NCBI GenBank assembly: GCA_016176335.1
Contig: JACOXI010000003.1
Span: 386,477 to 450,476 of the forward strand
DNA from: Candidatus Daviesbacteria bacterium
GTDB taxonomy: Bacteria; Patescibacteriota; Microgenomatia; Daviesbacterales; UBA10151
DNA: 64,000 bases
Reading direction: 5' to 3'
Positions 40,327 to 51,600 of the stretch are shown here, one piece after another; the first letter of the stretch is position 1; each line of letters opens with the position of its first letter. The notes beneath the pieces are model-generated. The model had not been told where the DNA came from, made no database searches, and saw only the letters and a program-made list of their open reading frames with translations. The translations under genes were made by a program, and so were the position numbers.

Positions 40327-41862
40327 TCATGGGATATAAAGCTTTCCAGTTAAGTATTCTCTTACCCGAGGTGTGATATTTGTTAGAGTTTTTTTTTGAA
40401 GTTGGAATGTATAAACATTTTCAATAGGTATTTTTATGGGATTATAGCCGTATCTTTTTAGTTCTTTGCTTTCCGGCCCGCTTAAAACATCAATTAAGCT
40501 CTCCATGTTGTCGGCAGGAAAGGGGGATTTTTGGTAATCCATTCCAAATCTTGGATCAATAAGCATCATATGATAGGAAAATCCAAAAGTTATAGCATTA
40601 TACAGATAAAAAGGATTATCTGAAATAAATAGAAAAACTGACGGAGCATCATTTTTTGGCGCCCCAATTTGTGATGTTATAAACTTGAATTGTTTTTCAG
40701 CATCTTCTGCTAATCTTCCATTTTCAGATAGCATATCAAAATAATTCCTCAAGCTGATTAAGTTAATAATGATTATTATATTTATGAAACTAATCGCCAA
40801 AATTTTATAAAATTGATTTCTTTGTCTTAAAAGTTCTGACAAAAGAATTGCAAACGCTACCAATATATATGCACCGGGTATAATTAGATATCTGTGGTCA
40901 GAAGATAATGTTCCCGCAGGACCAAACACTATCAAAGGAATTATTAAGAAAAAGACGGACACAGATAAACTAATTAAAGTGAAGAGATATTTTTGAGAAC
41001 GGAGCTTGATAAGCATGATAGGTAGACCTAGGAAGATTAAAATAACCAAAAGGGCTTTTAATTCGTTTGTTATCTTAAATAAAGTATCAGGTAGTATTGC
41101 ATTCTCAATGTTTGAGAAAATGCTTAATATAAAGTTTTTCCATTGACTTACAGATTGAACAAAAGAATTCATATAAACAGTATCATCTGATGATCTAGTT
41201 AAAAATCTATAACCAAGAATCGGAGAGAAGAAAACGAGGATTTGAAATAAAAACCTCTTTAAATTCTGTATATTAATTTTCCCTATATTAGAGATAATTA
41301 GTAGAGGAGTGATGAATAGAAGTCCATGCATTCTGTTTTGAGTTACGATGAATGATGATGTAAGAATAAGAGATGTTAATATGCCCCGTTTTGATAATTG
41401 AAAATCTTTTGAATAATATAGGTAGATAAATAAATTAAAAAGTGTAATTGAAATATAAGTATTCATATTAAATACCCAGTTAGTTGTTTCTATTCCTGCA
41501 AACATGCAAGCAAAGAAGACAGACGAAAGAAAGCCGGCTCGTTTATCCTTACTTGCAGCGGAGACTGCAGGATAGAAAGAAATTGCAGCAATAACTCTAA
41601 GGATTATGGATACCAGATAGTATGGAAAAGGATTAAAAGAAAATAATCTATAAATAATTCCCATAATGATATTTGCAAACACATAATTACCATAATCAGT
41701 AGAGTAATTTGTTAAATCAAAGTGTGACCCAAAAGCAGTAAAGTCTTTAATATATCTATAAAGAGTCAACCAACTATCACCATCTAAGGCAAAATGCAAA
41801 CTTTGTCCTATTGCGAAAAAAGTAATAAAAATCATTAGCAGGGAAAATAAAGTAAATTTCAT
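40327..41862 (-). CDS. Polytopic membrane protein, GT-C-like candidate of unassigned family (DGDSW loop motif)
   Basis: About 12 TM; paralog of ORF 44795-46738 (FALDGDSWLTLY vs LALGGDDWGIHY). The preferred start is the Met at 41862, in an ATGA overlap with the MTase upstream; the track start is 41901. Confidence 0.45.
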   Translation of the reverse strand: MKFTLFSLLMIFITFFAIGQSLHFALDGDSWLTLYRYIKDFTAFGSHFDLTNYSTDYGNYVFANIIMGIIYRLFSFNPFPYYLVSIILRVIAAISFYPAVSAASKDKRAGFLSSVFFACMFAGIETTNWVFNMNTYISITLFNLFIYLYYSKDFQLSKRGILTSLILTSSFIVTQNRMHGLLFITPLLIISNIGKINIQNLKRFLFQILVFFSPILGYRFLTRSSDDTVYMNSFVQSVSQWKNFILSIFSNIENAILPDTLFKITNELKALLVILIFLGLPIMLIKLRSQKYLFTLISLSVSVFFLIIPLIVFGPAGTLSSDHRYLIIPGAYILVAFAILLSELLRQRNQFYKILAISFINIIIIINLISLRNYFDMLSENGRLAEDAEKQFKFITSQIGAPKNDAPSVFLFISDNPFYLYNAITFGFSYHMMLIDPRFGMDYQKSPFPADNMESLIDVLSGPESKELKRYGYNPIKIPIENVYTFQLQKKTLTNITPRVREYLTGKLYIP

Positions 41863-42416
41863 TTTTGAATAAGAAATGCTATATGGGAGAAAGGGTACCA
41901 AAAGGGTTTCCTCATTACTTTTACTTCTAATTTTACATGAAGCTTTTTAAAAAGACTCTTCCATTCTGACAAATCCCTGAAAGATAAAGGTGTGCTTAGA
42001 TCTCCATAATGAAATTTATTAAGGGTAGCATCACTAATTTTTGCCACAAGACTCGGTTTCATTTCAAATATTAGTACTTTTTTGGCAACTCTTAAAGCAT
42101 CCTTTATAAGATTTTCTTGATTTTCTTTTGGAATATGATGGAGTACATCGTTTAATAAGGCCGTATCAAATTTACGTTTAAACTTTGGTAATTTGTCACT
42201 GGCCATTTTTTTAAAAGGAATATCATTATAAATCAAGTAATTTTTTATATCACACGCTTGTAGTTGTAATGAATAATGATGCCTTAATAGTTTTGTAATA
42301 GTTCCCCTACCGCAACCAATATCTAACACTCTTTCATTTTCTTTGAGCCATTTATCATAGGCTGTGGTCATCAGACGGAAGCGATAGGATGATGTTTTTT
42401 GGAAGATATTCATCAC
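41859..42416 (-). CDS. Class I SAM-dependent methyltransferase
   Basis: VLDIGCGRGTITKLL (motif I) and LLNDVLHHI. Confidence 0.7.
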   Translation of the reverse strand: MMNIFQKTSSYRFRLMTTAYDKWLKENERVLDIGCGRGTITKLLRHHYSLQLQACDIKNYLIYNDIPFKKMASDKLPKFKRKFDTALLNDVLHHIPKENQENLIKDALRVAKKVLIFEMKPSLVAKISDATLNKFHYGDLSTPLSFRDLSEWKSLFKKLHVKLEVKVMRKPFWYPFSHIAFLIQK

Positions 42417-43180
42417 TTTTTATCATTTTTTGCTAAAACTATCAGTGCGTTACCATAAGATATGAATTTTTTGAAAAATACATATTGAATAATGAAAATG
42501 GGCAGCCACAAAAAGGAAGTTCTGTCTAGAATAGATGATATGATTGGTATGTTCCAAGCATAGGAAAAAGAGCTTTGTTCGGTTTGTTTCTCTCTATCTA
42601 CTACTCTTTTTTTATTGCTAATTATTTTAGTGTAAATCCTTCGAAGAGCCCAAAAGACAGGGAAAGTGTAATCGCAAAAGATAATTGGTTTAAATCCAGC
42701 TTTGATGAGTTTTTCTTTTAATTCATTTTGGGTATATCTTCTAAAATGTCCATAAAAGTTGTCATCCCATCTCCATTCTTTAGGATTACTTGGGGTAGCA
42801 ATGACTAAATGTCCGTGCCGCGATAACAACAAATTAGCCTTTCTTAAAGCAGAAGTATCATCCTTGATATGTTCTAAAATATCGAACATTAAGACAGTAT
42901 TATATTTACCGGAAACTTTTGAAAAGAATTTTTTTTCCATCTTTACCTTTTGGTATCCTTTTAAATTTTCCTTGGTAATATTTACAGCTTTGCGAGAGTA
43001 ATCAATTGCTACGCCTTCCCAACCTTTACTTGCTAAATGTTTAGATAAGTATCCGGTTCCGCAGGCAACATCAAGAAATGGTGGCTTCAGATAGTATTTC
43101 TCAATAAGCTTATTCAGTATAAATAGAGCATAGTTATTTAGAGGTTTGAAATTAGCCATATTATTTTTTGATGATTCCAA
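42413..43180 (-). CDS. Class I SAM-dependent methyltransferase
   Basis: FLDVACGTGYLSKHL and MFDILEHI. ATGA overlap with the MTase downstream. Confidence 0.7.
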   Translation of the reverse strand: MESSKNNMANFKPLNNYALFILNKLIEKYYLKPPFLDVACGTGYLSKHLASKGWEGVAIDYSRKAVNITKENLKGYQKVKMEKKFFSKVSGKYNTVLMFDILEHIKDDTSALRKANLLLSRHGHLVIATPSNPKEWRWDDNFYGHFRRYTQNELKEKLIKAGFKPIIFCDYTFPVFWALRRIYTKIISNKKRVVDREKQTEQSSFSYAWNIPIISSILDRTSFLWLPIFIIQYVFFKKFISYGNALIVLAKNDKK

Positions 43181-43958
43181 ATTCCTGAAATCTAAAAAAA
43201 ATAGCTTTAATTTTATTTGTAAACTTTTTAAAAGTCTTTTCGTAACTTATATCGTCACTGACTAAAAGTCCATTTTTTTTAATATATGGCCAGCAAGTTT
43301 CATATTCAAAAGCCATAGTTTTATCCGAATGCTCACTGTCATGAAAAAATATATTGATTTCGCCTAATTCTTTAAGTAAGACTGGTAATTTATCACGAGT
43401 ATTTCCTAAAAAAAGTTTCCAGTTTGTCTTTAAATTAGCCGGTACCAGAAATCCTGGTATTTTTCCGGCTGGCAAACTGTCCAGATGAAGTTTATGATTT
43501 CCGTATATATACCACTGAAAAGGAAGATCTATTGAATAAAGTTTACCAAACCCGTTGTCTTTTAATGCTCGCAATATATATCCTGTAGATTCTCCTGCTG
43601 CTACTCCAGTTTCTACAACATTTTTTGGTTTTAGCTTTCTGACCAAAAAATAAAGAATTTGAAATTTACTCCAAAGATGAGGTTCTAAAACTTCATAACT
43701 TTTCTGTTTTGTATAATCAAAACTTTTTCCATATTTTTTATAAAGCAGAACTGTTTTATTAATTGCAGTTGTTGCTTTTTTAGTGTGTTTTTCAACTAAT
43801 ACATTTTTTGCAAAAAATCTGGGAGAGGCAATTAATTTTTCAAGAATAAATACTAAAATTGCGGGAGTTTCTTTGGGATTATTTATCCAGAATTTTAATA
43901 AAGTAATCGATAATTCTTTAACCCACAACAAGGCTCTTTTTAGATATTTTAATTCCAT
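43161..43958 (-). CDS. SAM-dependent O-methyltransferase, TylF/MycF-like (Methyltransf_24-like)
   Basis: VVETGVAAGESTGYIL ... FHDSEHSDKTMAFEYETCWPYIKKNGLLVSDDI. Confidence 0.55.
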   Translation of the reverse strand: MELKYLKRALLWVKELSITLLKFWINNPKETPAILVFILEKLIASPRFFAKNVLVEKHTKKATTAINKTVLLYKKYGKSFDYTKQKSYEVLEPHLWSKFQILYFLVRKLKPKNVVETGVAAGESTGYILRALKDNGFGKLYSIDLPFQWYIYGNHKLHLDSLPAGKIPGFLVPANLKTNWKLFLGNTRDKLPVLLKELGEINIFFHDSEHSDKTMAFEYETCWPYIKKNGLLVSDDISYEKTFKKFTNKIKAIFFRFQEFGIIKK

Positions 43959-43998
43959 TTTCTTGCAAGATTAATATGGCTAGGTTAACATTACGACA

Positions 43999-44856
43999 AT
44001 GAGCAATGCAACAGGGAAGGCGCTTGTTTCCATCATAATTCCTGCATTTAATGAGGAGAGAATTATCGGTAAGTGTCTGGAATCTGTTGCCAGACAGAGT
44101 TTTAAAAACATAGAAGTTGTTTTGGTTGATGATTGCTCAAGTGATAATACTAATGCTGTAGTCCAAGATAAGATTAAAAAATTGAAGTTAAATCTTAATT
44201 TGATAAGTCTTAAGAGTCACCAGGAAAGAGGAAAAGTAAGAAACTTAGGCTCTAAAAAAGCGAAAGGAGAATACCTTTTATTTATTGATGCAGACATGAT
44301 ACTGACTAAAAAAGTTATTGCAGAATGCCTAACTAAAATTATGGGTAAACTGGATATAGGTGGGATTATTATTCCGGAGGAATCTAGGGGAGTTGGATTT
44401 TGGGCAAAGTGTCGGCGCTTAGAAAAAAAATGCTACCTCGGAGATGACAGTATAGAAGCTGCCAGATTTTTTAAAAAAAATGCTTTTTGGAAAGTTGGAG
44501 GTTGGGATGAAGAGATGATATCGGGAGAGGATTGGGATTTAACCAGAAGGATTAGAGAAAAGTATGAAGTTATAAGAGTCAATGCTGAAATTCTCCATGA
44601 CGAAGGCAAATTAACCCTTTGGATGGTCGCCAAAAAGAAATTTTATTATGCTTTCAAATCAGGGATATATCTTAAAAAATATCCTTTAAAAATAACGGAT
44701 TTATTTTTTTTCATTTTTAGACCTGCATATTTGAAAAATTGGAAATTGATTCTTTCAGATCCTACCCGCGGAGCAGGTATGTTTTTTTTGAAAGCTATTG
44801 AAATGTTTGCGGGAGGGATAGGGTACCTTTTTTCAAAGCTTCCAAATCTACCTTAA
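43999..44856 (+). CDS. GT2-family glycosyltransferase
   Basis: VSIIIPAFNEERIIGKCLESVARQSFKNIEVVLVDDCSSDNT, plus DADM. Confidence 0.75.
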   Translation: MSNATGKALVSIIIPAFNEERIIGKCLESVARQSFKNIEVVLVDDCSSDNTNAVVQDKIKKLKLNLNLISLKSHQERGKVRNLGSKKAKGEYLLFIDADMILTKKVIAECLTKIMGKLDIGGIIIPEESRGVGFWAKCRRLEKKCYLGDDSIEAARFFKKNAFWKVGGWDEEMISGEDWDLTRRIREKYEVIRVNAEILHDEGKLTLWMVAKKKFYYAFKSGIYLKKYPLKITDLFFFIFRPAYLKNWKLILSDPTRGAGMFFLKAIEMFAGGIGYLFSKLPNLP

Positions 44857-46738
44857 GCTTTTCTCGTACCTGTTCGGTAACGTTGTACATCTCTTTATTT
44901 TGTAGGGCAAATGCATGAATTCTGTCAATTGTTGTCGGAATTGGTTTACGGCCTTGTTTAATTAGGTATCTTCCATCATAAACAGAGGAAAGTATGCTTT
45001 CATATTCATTGACGACCATGAATGTGCTGTAATCCCAGTTTCTGGTATTGTAGAATATGGAGGCTCTTCCGTAGAAACCAAAACGTATTGCTTCAGCAAT
45101 TTCGGCACTTTGTTGGTCGGTCAGCAGCAAGAAAATATTCAACCCATCTCTATCGATTTTGGAGACTTCGGTTATGATTATATTCCAAAATTTGGTATCA
45201 ATTTGCTTACTTCTGTAAGTTGCAACATAGGTTAAATAATCGTTTGCAAACATAACGTGCATAAATATAAAAAGTACGATTAGCAAATAAGTGATTCCTA
45301 ATAAAAAAAATTTTCTTTTTTTATTTAAATAATCTATCGTAATAAACGAAACTACTGCCATCCAGATTGCGAGACCTGCTCCTTGTTGAACAGAATACCT
45401 TCCCCAGGTAAGTATGATTCCATATGGACTTATAATCCATGGAAACAGTATGAAAGTAAACATCCATCCCAGTCCTAACAAAAGCATTAGGGCAATAAGT
45501 GGTTTAGTATTTTTGAGTAAGAAAAATAACCATACGGAAAAAATAATAGTAAATCCGCCAACGAGAGCAAAGGCAACTCTCGGGTATGAAAAAGTGTTTA
45601 TATTAACTTTTTGAAGGAGATAGATAAATAATATCCAAAAACATAAATTTAAAATATACAAAAAAGAAACCTTTTTTTTAATTCTTGCGAAATAAAGAAC
45701 AATATATGTTAATCCACCGTATACCAGAGAAATGGGAAGTATATAAGAAAAGAAGGTGAAAGGGGGTCTCCAAAGTAGAGATATTTGTGAAAAAGGAATT
45801 TTGTTCCAAAGCATATCCGGCATAATATAATTTCCCAGTGTTGCAATTGGATCAATAATTAAATCCGACTGTCCGGCAATAAATTTTTGCCTTAAAAAGT
45901 CAATTCCTTCCAACGATCTTTGGGTATTCCACTCCCTTGCACCGTAGCCGTTGCCTATAAAGAAAGGCCCGATTTCAAAACCTTTTATTAAATGGTCTCT
46001 GATTAAAAAATACAAATCACTAACCCCGTATAGAATAATGTAGTTAGTAACGATAAGAATAAATATTCTTAGGGAAGCAATTTTCAGATTAAACTTTTTT
46101 CCGTCGATCAGCCACCAGCCCAGCTCTAAAATTAAAATAAGGGGTATCATTCCGTGCATTCTAGGGGGGGATACAACAAGAGCGCTCGCAAATAGCAAAG
46201 CAGAAATTATTAGTGGTTTGATTTTTAAAGTTTCTTTTGCTTTAAAGTACCAAACAAAGAATAATGTCAATATGCCGATACCTAATATATGGTTGTAATT
46301 GAAGGCCCAGTCCGTTGCCTCTATCCCCAAATAAGTTACCGCAAAAAAACAGCTTGCCAAAAAAGCTATCATAGTTTCCTCGGTAATCTTTTTGAGAAGA
46401 TAGAAAAGACTCAAAGCGACAAGTACTCTTGATATAAATGATGCGAGAAAATAATAAAATGGTTCATATCCAAAGACTCTACTGATGATGGAGAGGAAAA
46501 AATAATGAGGGCAGTATGTACAAAAATAAGTAAATGGGTTAAAGTAACTAGCCTCTTTTCTAATATCGAAGATTCCCCAAATAAGATAGTGTATCCCCCA
46601 ATCATCCCCTCCTAATGCTAAGTTGAAAGCGCCCCTTACAGTAATAAATGATAAAAAAGAGATAAAAATAATTAAGAGAACAAATGCACTGAAAGATTTT
46701 TTTCTGTAAGTTGTTTCTAGTTTCTGTTCTAATTGCAT
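44795..46738 (-). CDS. Polytopic membrane protein, GT-C-like candidate (GGDDW loop motif), paralog of ORF 40327
   Basis: 647 aa with about 14 TM. Contains a C7 tract on the coding strand (G7 on + at 46164-46170). Confidence 0.45.
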   Translation of the reverse strand: MQLEQKLETTYRKKSFSAFVLLIIFISFLSFITVRGAFNLALGGDDWGIHYLIWGIFDIRKEASYFNPFTYFCTYCPHYFFLSIISRVFGYEPFYYFLASFISRVLVALSLFYLLKKITEETMIAFLASCFFAVTYLGIEATDWAFNYNHILGIGILTLFFVWYFKAKETLKIKPLIISALLFASALVVSPPRMHGMIPLILILELGWWLIDGKKFNLKIASLRIFILIVTNYIILYGVSDLYFLIRDHLIKGFEIGPFFIGNGYGAREWNTQRSLEGIDFLRQKFIAGQSDLIIDPIATLGNYIMPDMLWNKIPFSQISLLWRPPFTFFSYILPISLVYGGLTYIVLYFARIKKKVSFLYILNLCFWILFIYLLQKVNINTFSYPRVAFALVGGFTIIFSVWLFFLLKNTKPLIALMLLLGLGWMFTFILFPWIISPYGIILTWGRYSVQQGAGLAIWMAVVSFITIDYLNKKRKFFLLGITYLLIVLFIFMHVMFANDYLTYVATYRSKQIDTKFWNIIITEVSKIDRDGLNIFLLLTDQQSAEIAEAIRFGFYGRASIFYNTRNWDYSTFMVVNEYESILSSVYDGRYLIKQGRKPIPTTIDRIHAFALQNKEMYNVTEQVREKLKVDLEALKKGTLSLPQTFQ

Positions 46739-46761
46739 TTTATGAGGTAGAATTCTACAGT

Positions 46762-47997
46762 ATGAAAAATACTAAACCTTCAATTTATATTATCGCACTC
46801 TCTTCTTTGGGACAAGGACTTTCCGGAGGAGACAGGATATATATTGAGCTTGCAAGAAGATGGAGTAAAAAGCACCTAGTGACTGTTATCGTTTGGGAAG
46901 AAGGACGGGAGATGTTGCAAAGACAACATCTAATAGATAATGGACAATGGTTAATGATTAGAACTCTGAAGATGGGGGGATGGTGTAAATTTGGCTTTAT
47001 TATCTGCTACTTTGCACGGATCATTCGCTCTTTAATTTTTGCTTTGACATTTGATGTATCAACTATCAATTATCAACCATCAGCCACGATTTATTCTGCT
47101 TCTGAATTTTGGATGGATTCACTGCCGGCTTTTATACTTAAGGTGCGCTTCTCAAAAATGACTTGGGCAGCGGCTTGGTATCAGACCGCCCCAAACCCGT
47201 TTAAAGGTTTTGCCGAAGGGAAAAGAGATAAAGTTTATAGATTTAGGACATTTTTATATTGGTTTGTCCAACTTCCTATCAAGCCTCTGATTTCCAAATT
47301 TGCAGATTATGTTTTGGTTAGTAATCAGAAGGAGAAGAGACAATTTCCTAAACTTGTAAAAAAAAATAAGGCAATAGTTTTTTTGGGAGCAGTTGATACT
47401 GAAGCAATATCGGAGTATATCAAAACACACAAGAGAATAATAGATAAAAAATATATTGGAGTTTTTCAGGGAAGATTTCATCCTCAAAAAGGCGTTGTCG
47501 AGTTAATTGATATTTGGAAGTTAGTAACTAAAAAAATACCGCATGCAAAACTGGCGATGATCGGGGACGGGCCTTTAATGGCAGATGTGAAGGAAAGAAT
47601 TCGAAACCTTGGACTTGAAGATAATGTTATCTTATTTGGATATCAATATGACGGCGATAAAAAATATTCAATTTTTCAAAGCAGTAAAATAGTTGTACAT
47701 CCGTCATTTTATGATAGTGGCGGTATGGCAGCAGCAGAGGCAATGGCTTTTGGGCTACCTGCTGTTGGCTTTGATTTAAAAGCATACACCTCCTATTATC
47801 CAAAGGGTATGATAAAAGTTGCAGTTGGAGATCTTCAGGCTTTTGCAAAGAAAATATTAGAACTTAATGAAAATGAAATTTTATATCATCAACTGGGGCT
47901 AAACGCAAAAGCAATGATCATGAGTCAATTTTCCTGGAATAAAAGGGCAAAGGAGATACTATCCACCTTAGAAATTCAAAATCAAAAGTTAAATTAA
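46762..47997 (+). CDS. GT4-family glycosyltransferase
   Basis: GGMAAAEAMAFGLPAVGFDLKAY. The preferred ATG at 46762 lies after the divergent membrane gene; the track start at 46711 is a TTG inside it. Confidence 0.65.
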   Translation: MKNTKPSIYIIALSSLGQGLSGGDRIYIELARRWSKKHLVTVIVWEEGREMLQRQHLIDNGQWLMIRTLKMGGWCKFGFIICYFARIIRSLIFALTFDVSTINYQPSATIYSASEFWMDSLPAFILKVRFSKMTWAAAWYQTAPNPFKGFAEGKRDKVYRFRTFLYWFVQLPIKPLISKFADYVLVSNQKEKRQFPKLVKKNKAIVFLGAVDTEAISEYIKTHKRIIDKKYIGVFQGRFHPQKGVVELIDIWKLVTKKIPHAKLAMIGDGPLMADVKERIRNLGLEDNVILFGYQYDGDKKYSIFQSSKIVVHPSFYDSGGMAAAEAMAFGLPAVGFDLKAYTSYYPKGMIKVAVGDLQAFAKKILELNENEILYHQLGLNAKAMIMSQFSWNKRAKEILSTLEIQNQKLN

Positions 47998-47998
47998 G

Positions 47999-48637
47999 AT
48001 GACAAATACATTCCCGCCCACATACAAATTAATACTCAAGCACCTGTTACCAAAAGGATTCCTAAAGGTTTTGGATTTAGGTTGTGGAGTTGGTGCTGCC
48101 GCAGAGGTTTTAAATAAGGGCAAGATCCATCAGTTTTTCGGTGTAGATATATACGAGCCTTATCTTAAGATATGCAGAAGGAGTGGGTTTTATAAAAAAG
48201 TTACAAAGGCTGATTTAAGAAATATAAATTTTAACAAAAAAAGCTTTGATGTGGTGATTTTATTTCAGGTGATAGAACACCTTAACAAAAAAGATGCAAA
48301 AAAACTCATCCGAAAAGCCGTGAGTGTTGCAACTAAGGCAGTGCTTATTTCCGTCCCAAATGGTCATTGTGATCAGGGAGTTTACGATGGAAATATTTAT
48401 AATAAACACAAATCAACATGGAATGCTGCGGATTTTAAAAAAATGGGCTTTAAAGTATATGGCCAAGGTTTAAAAATCATATACGGTTCTCGCAGTTACG
48501 AGGGTCGGATAGGGGCAAGCTGGTGGCAGAAAATAGTTGTCCCGCTTTCAATAATACTCCTTCCATTGGTGCTGATTTTTCCCGAGATTGCAGTGCAGCT
48601 GATAGGTGTAAAATATTTAGGAGGTGCAAGTAAATGA
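47999..48637 (+). CDS. Class I SAM-dependent methyltransferase
   Basis: VLDLGCGVGAAAEVL and ILFQVIEHL. Confidence 0.65.
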   Translation: MTNTFPPTYKLILKHLLPKGFLKVLDLGCGVGAAAEVLNKGKIHQFFGVDIYEPYLKICRRSGFYKKVTKADLRNINFNKKSFDVVILFQVIEHLNKKDAKKLIRKAVSVATKAVLISVPNGHCDQGVYDGNIYNKHKSTWNAADFKKMGFKVYGQGLKIIYGSRSYEGRIGASWWQKIVVPLSIILLPLVLIFPEIAVQLIGVKYLGGASK

Positions 48638-51600
48638 TGCATATTTTAAAAAAATTTGACACAAAAGTTATTTTCGTTCTTTTTTTCATTTCACTGTTTT
48701 TGGTTTTGATTTGGTTGCCGAACAATAAAATTATTGCCGGCGGAGATATAGGCATCCCAACTTATGCTCCTCAAAAACAACTTGAGGAGGTTACAAGTTC
48801 CTGGTGGGAATCTCACGCCACAGGAATCTCAAGCCCTGTAACTTATACCGCAGTACCCTTTTATTTAACCCTTTCGATACTGGAAAAACTGGGAATGGAT
48901 TCGGGCATGACTCAAAAAATAATCTTCTTTACCATTCTTTTTGGAAGTTCCTTAAGTATCTATTATTTGGGATTGAACTTTTCATTTAATAAATGGACGT
49001 CTCTTATTGCATGCTTGTTTTATATCTTTAATCTAACCTCCTTATCGGTTTGGCAAAGGGGAGTGCATAACGCCATGTTAATGCTTCTTTTGGTACCTCT
49101 TTCTCTTTTAATTTTGGTCTGGGGAATCAAAAATAAAAAATATGTTTCTATCTTAATAATAAATGTAGTTTCTTTTTTACTAGCCTATGTGTTTGGCGCA
49201 TTAGGTTTTCTGTTCTCTCTTTGGTTGCTCTGGACAGTTTACATAGCGGTAATATTGTTTGATTCTTGGAGTGATAAATTGGCAAGAAGATTTCTTTTAA
49301 CCTATTTTTTTCTATTGATAATTTCTTGGATTGGAAGTAATTTGTGGTGGATTACTAACCTTTTACAATCAAGCAATTATACCTTGGGTCAATTTACCCA
49401 AGGTGAACTAATGAGTAGAGGGTCGGATGTTTTAGCGGCTTTAAAGCCTTACCATGAGCCCTCAATTATATTACGGGGCTTAAGCAGATTTTATCTATAT
49501 GTTGTTCGTGACTGGGGGGAAATATATTCACACCCTCTTTTTATAATGCTTTCCTGGGTTCCCACACTGATAATCTTTTATACCGCCCTCATAAGAACCA
49601 ATTATAAGTTGACTCCTTGGAGATTTTTAATTGTATTGACTGTTTTAGTGCTGGCATTATCTAAAGGAGTGAACCCTCCTTTGGGAGAGTTAAACAGAAT
49701 TCCTTTTGATCTGTTTCAATTCCTTGCCCCGCTTCGAAACACATATGAGAAAGTGGGAATCCTTTTAACTATACCTTTCTCGTTGCTTTTTGCTTTAGGT
49801 ATTAATCAAATTATTTCAATCTTTAAAGCAAAAAAAATGGATTATCTACACTTACCACTACTAGTTGTAATCGTTATGTGTTTAATAGTTTTAGTCTGGC
49901 CGCTTTGGCTGGGTAAGTTATTTGTAAGCGAGGGAAGAAAGTATGCAGTTTCTATCCCGTCATATTATTCGCAGGCCAACAGTTGGATAAAAAGTAAAAT
50001 AGAAGCAGATGATACCAGAATTCTGCATCTTCCGTTATCTTGGGGTGAATCTATAGATTATAACTGGAATTATACAGGTGTCGAGCCAAGTCAATATTTT
50101 TTTAATGGATCATCCATCGGGTATCAAATCGGTGTACCTCCCGTCGACTCAAGAATAAGAGATATTCTACTGCTTATACATAAACAAGATACACTAAATA
50201 TTCAAAAAGCGCTTGTGTCATTAAATATTGGCTGGGTTGTTGTCCACAATGAAACATTGTTCAGAGACAGAATCTTAGAAAATCCAGAAAGAATTGATGC
50301 TTGGCTTGCCACCAAGCCACCATTTATAGAATACAAAACAGATTTTGGACCGCTTTCAATATGGAGGGTTAAAGATGAATATCGAGCAAGACATTTTTAT
50401 TCATCAGGTAAGTTAGTTCGTAGAGGTATACCCAATCCAACTTCTTCTTTAAATGTCTGGAATGAGATAAATAATTTAAATGATAGCTTCCTGACTGAAA
50501 TTCAAAAGGAACAAAGTTTGGATAAATTTATCTTTAAAAATACAATTATCCCGACAAGTAAAATAAAATATTCACCTTTAGGGTTGATAGATAAAGAAAC
50601 AGCGATAAATGATATCGCAAAAGTTGGTTTCCTGCCTGATTCACCCCTTTTTGTACTAACCCTGTTTAAGGAAAGTTTATTTTCCTTCTTAAATCAAAAC
50701 GATCGGGTCATAAACTGTTTTGATTTAAGCGGGAAGAGACTGAAAGAAGTTGTACTTTTAAAAAGAGGTCGGAGGTTGGAAGAAGCAGATAAAGCAATAA
50801 AAAGATATGAAAATCAGTTTAAAGAATGTATTAGTGTGGGGAAAGATACATTGAGCATTTATTTAAATACCCCCCAGGCGAGAGATTTAATTCTTAGTCA
50901 GCTAATCAGACAAAAAAACATTTTGGAAAATGAGTTTGACGAACAAAGCTTAAAGGAGGCTGTAAATCAAGTTAAAGATATTTTGAATGAATATCTTGCT
51001 AAGTTAGGCTTGGCACCAAAATATAATCCTGTCAAACAGAATTTAGGTAAGCAATTGATTGTTTTTGATTACCTTATTAACAAAAAAGGGGATTATTCAG
51101 TAGAGCTTAAGGAAGTAGACGAACAACTAATCAAAAATCCACCCCAAATTATTCAGATTGATAATAAAGCAGTTGATTTTTCCGCTGCAGAGGTTGGTGT
51201 AAATATCATTAGGTATCCGCAAATTAGACTGGATGAGGGGTTTCATGAAATCCAGCTGGAAACAGGTGAGGAGAAAAATATCCTAACTGATCTTTATGAT
51301 AACAAAAAACTACATCCGGATCCAGGGTTTACTTATCAAAAAGATCCGGAAAGTGGGGAAGGTTACTTCCGGGGGGCTCCCTCCAACGCAATAGTCAGTT
51401 TAATATTTGATATTCCAAATGTAAGTATTGAGGATATATATGAGGTGAGTTTTGATATTTATCATGTAGGTGGCACAGCACCTATGTTTATTATGACTCA
51501 TGATACTGACCCGACCGATTCCCATGGGTTAATAAAGCCCGCAGTCAGCAGAAATATTGATTTTAGTACTTATCCATCAGGATGGAGAAATGTGAAATTA

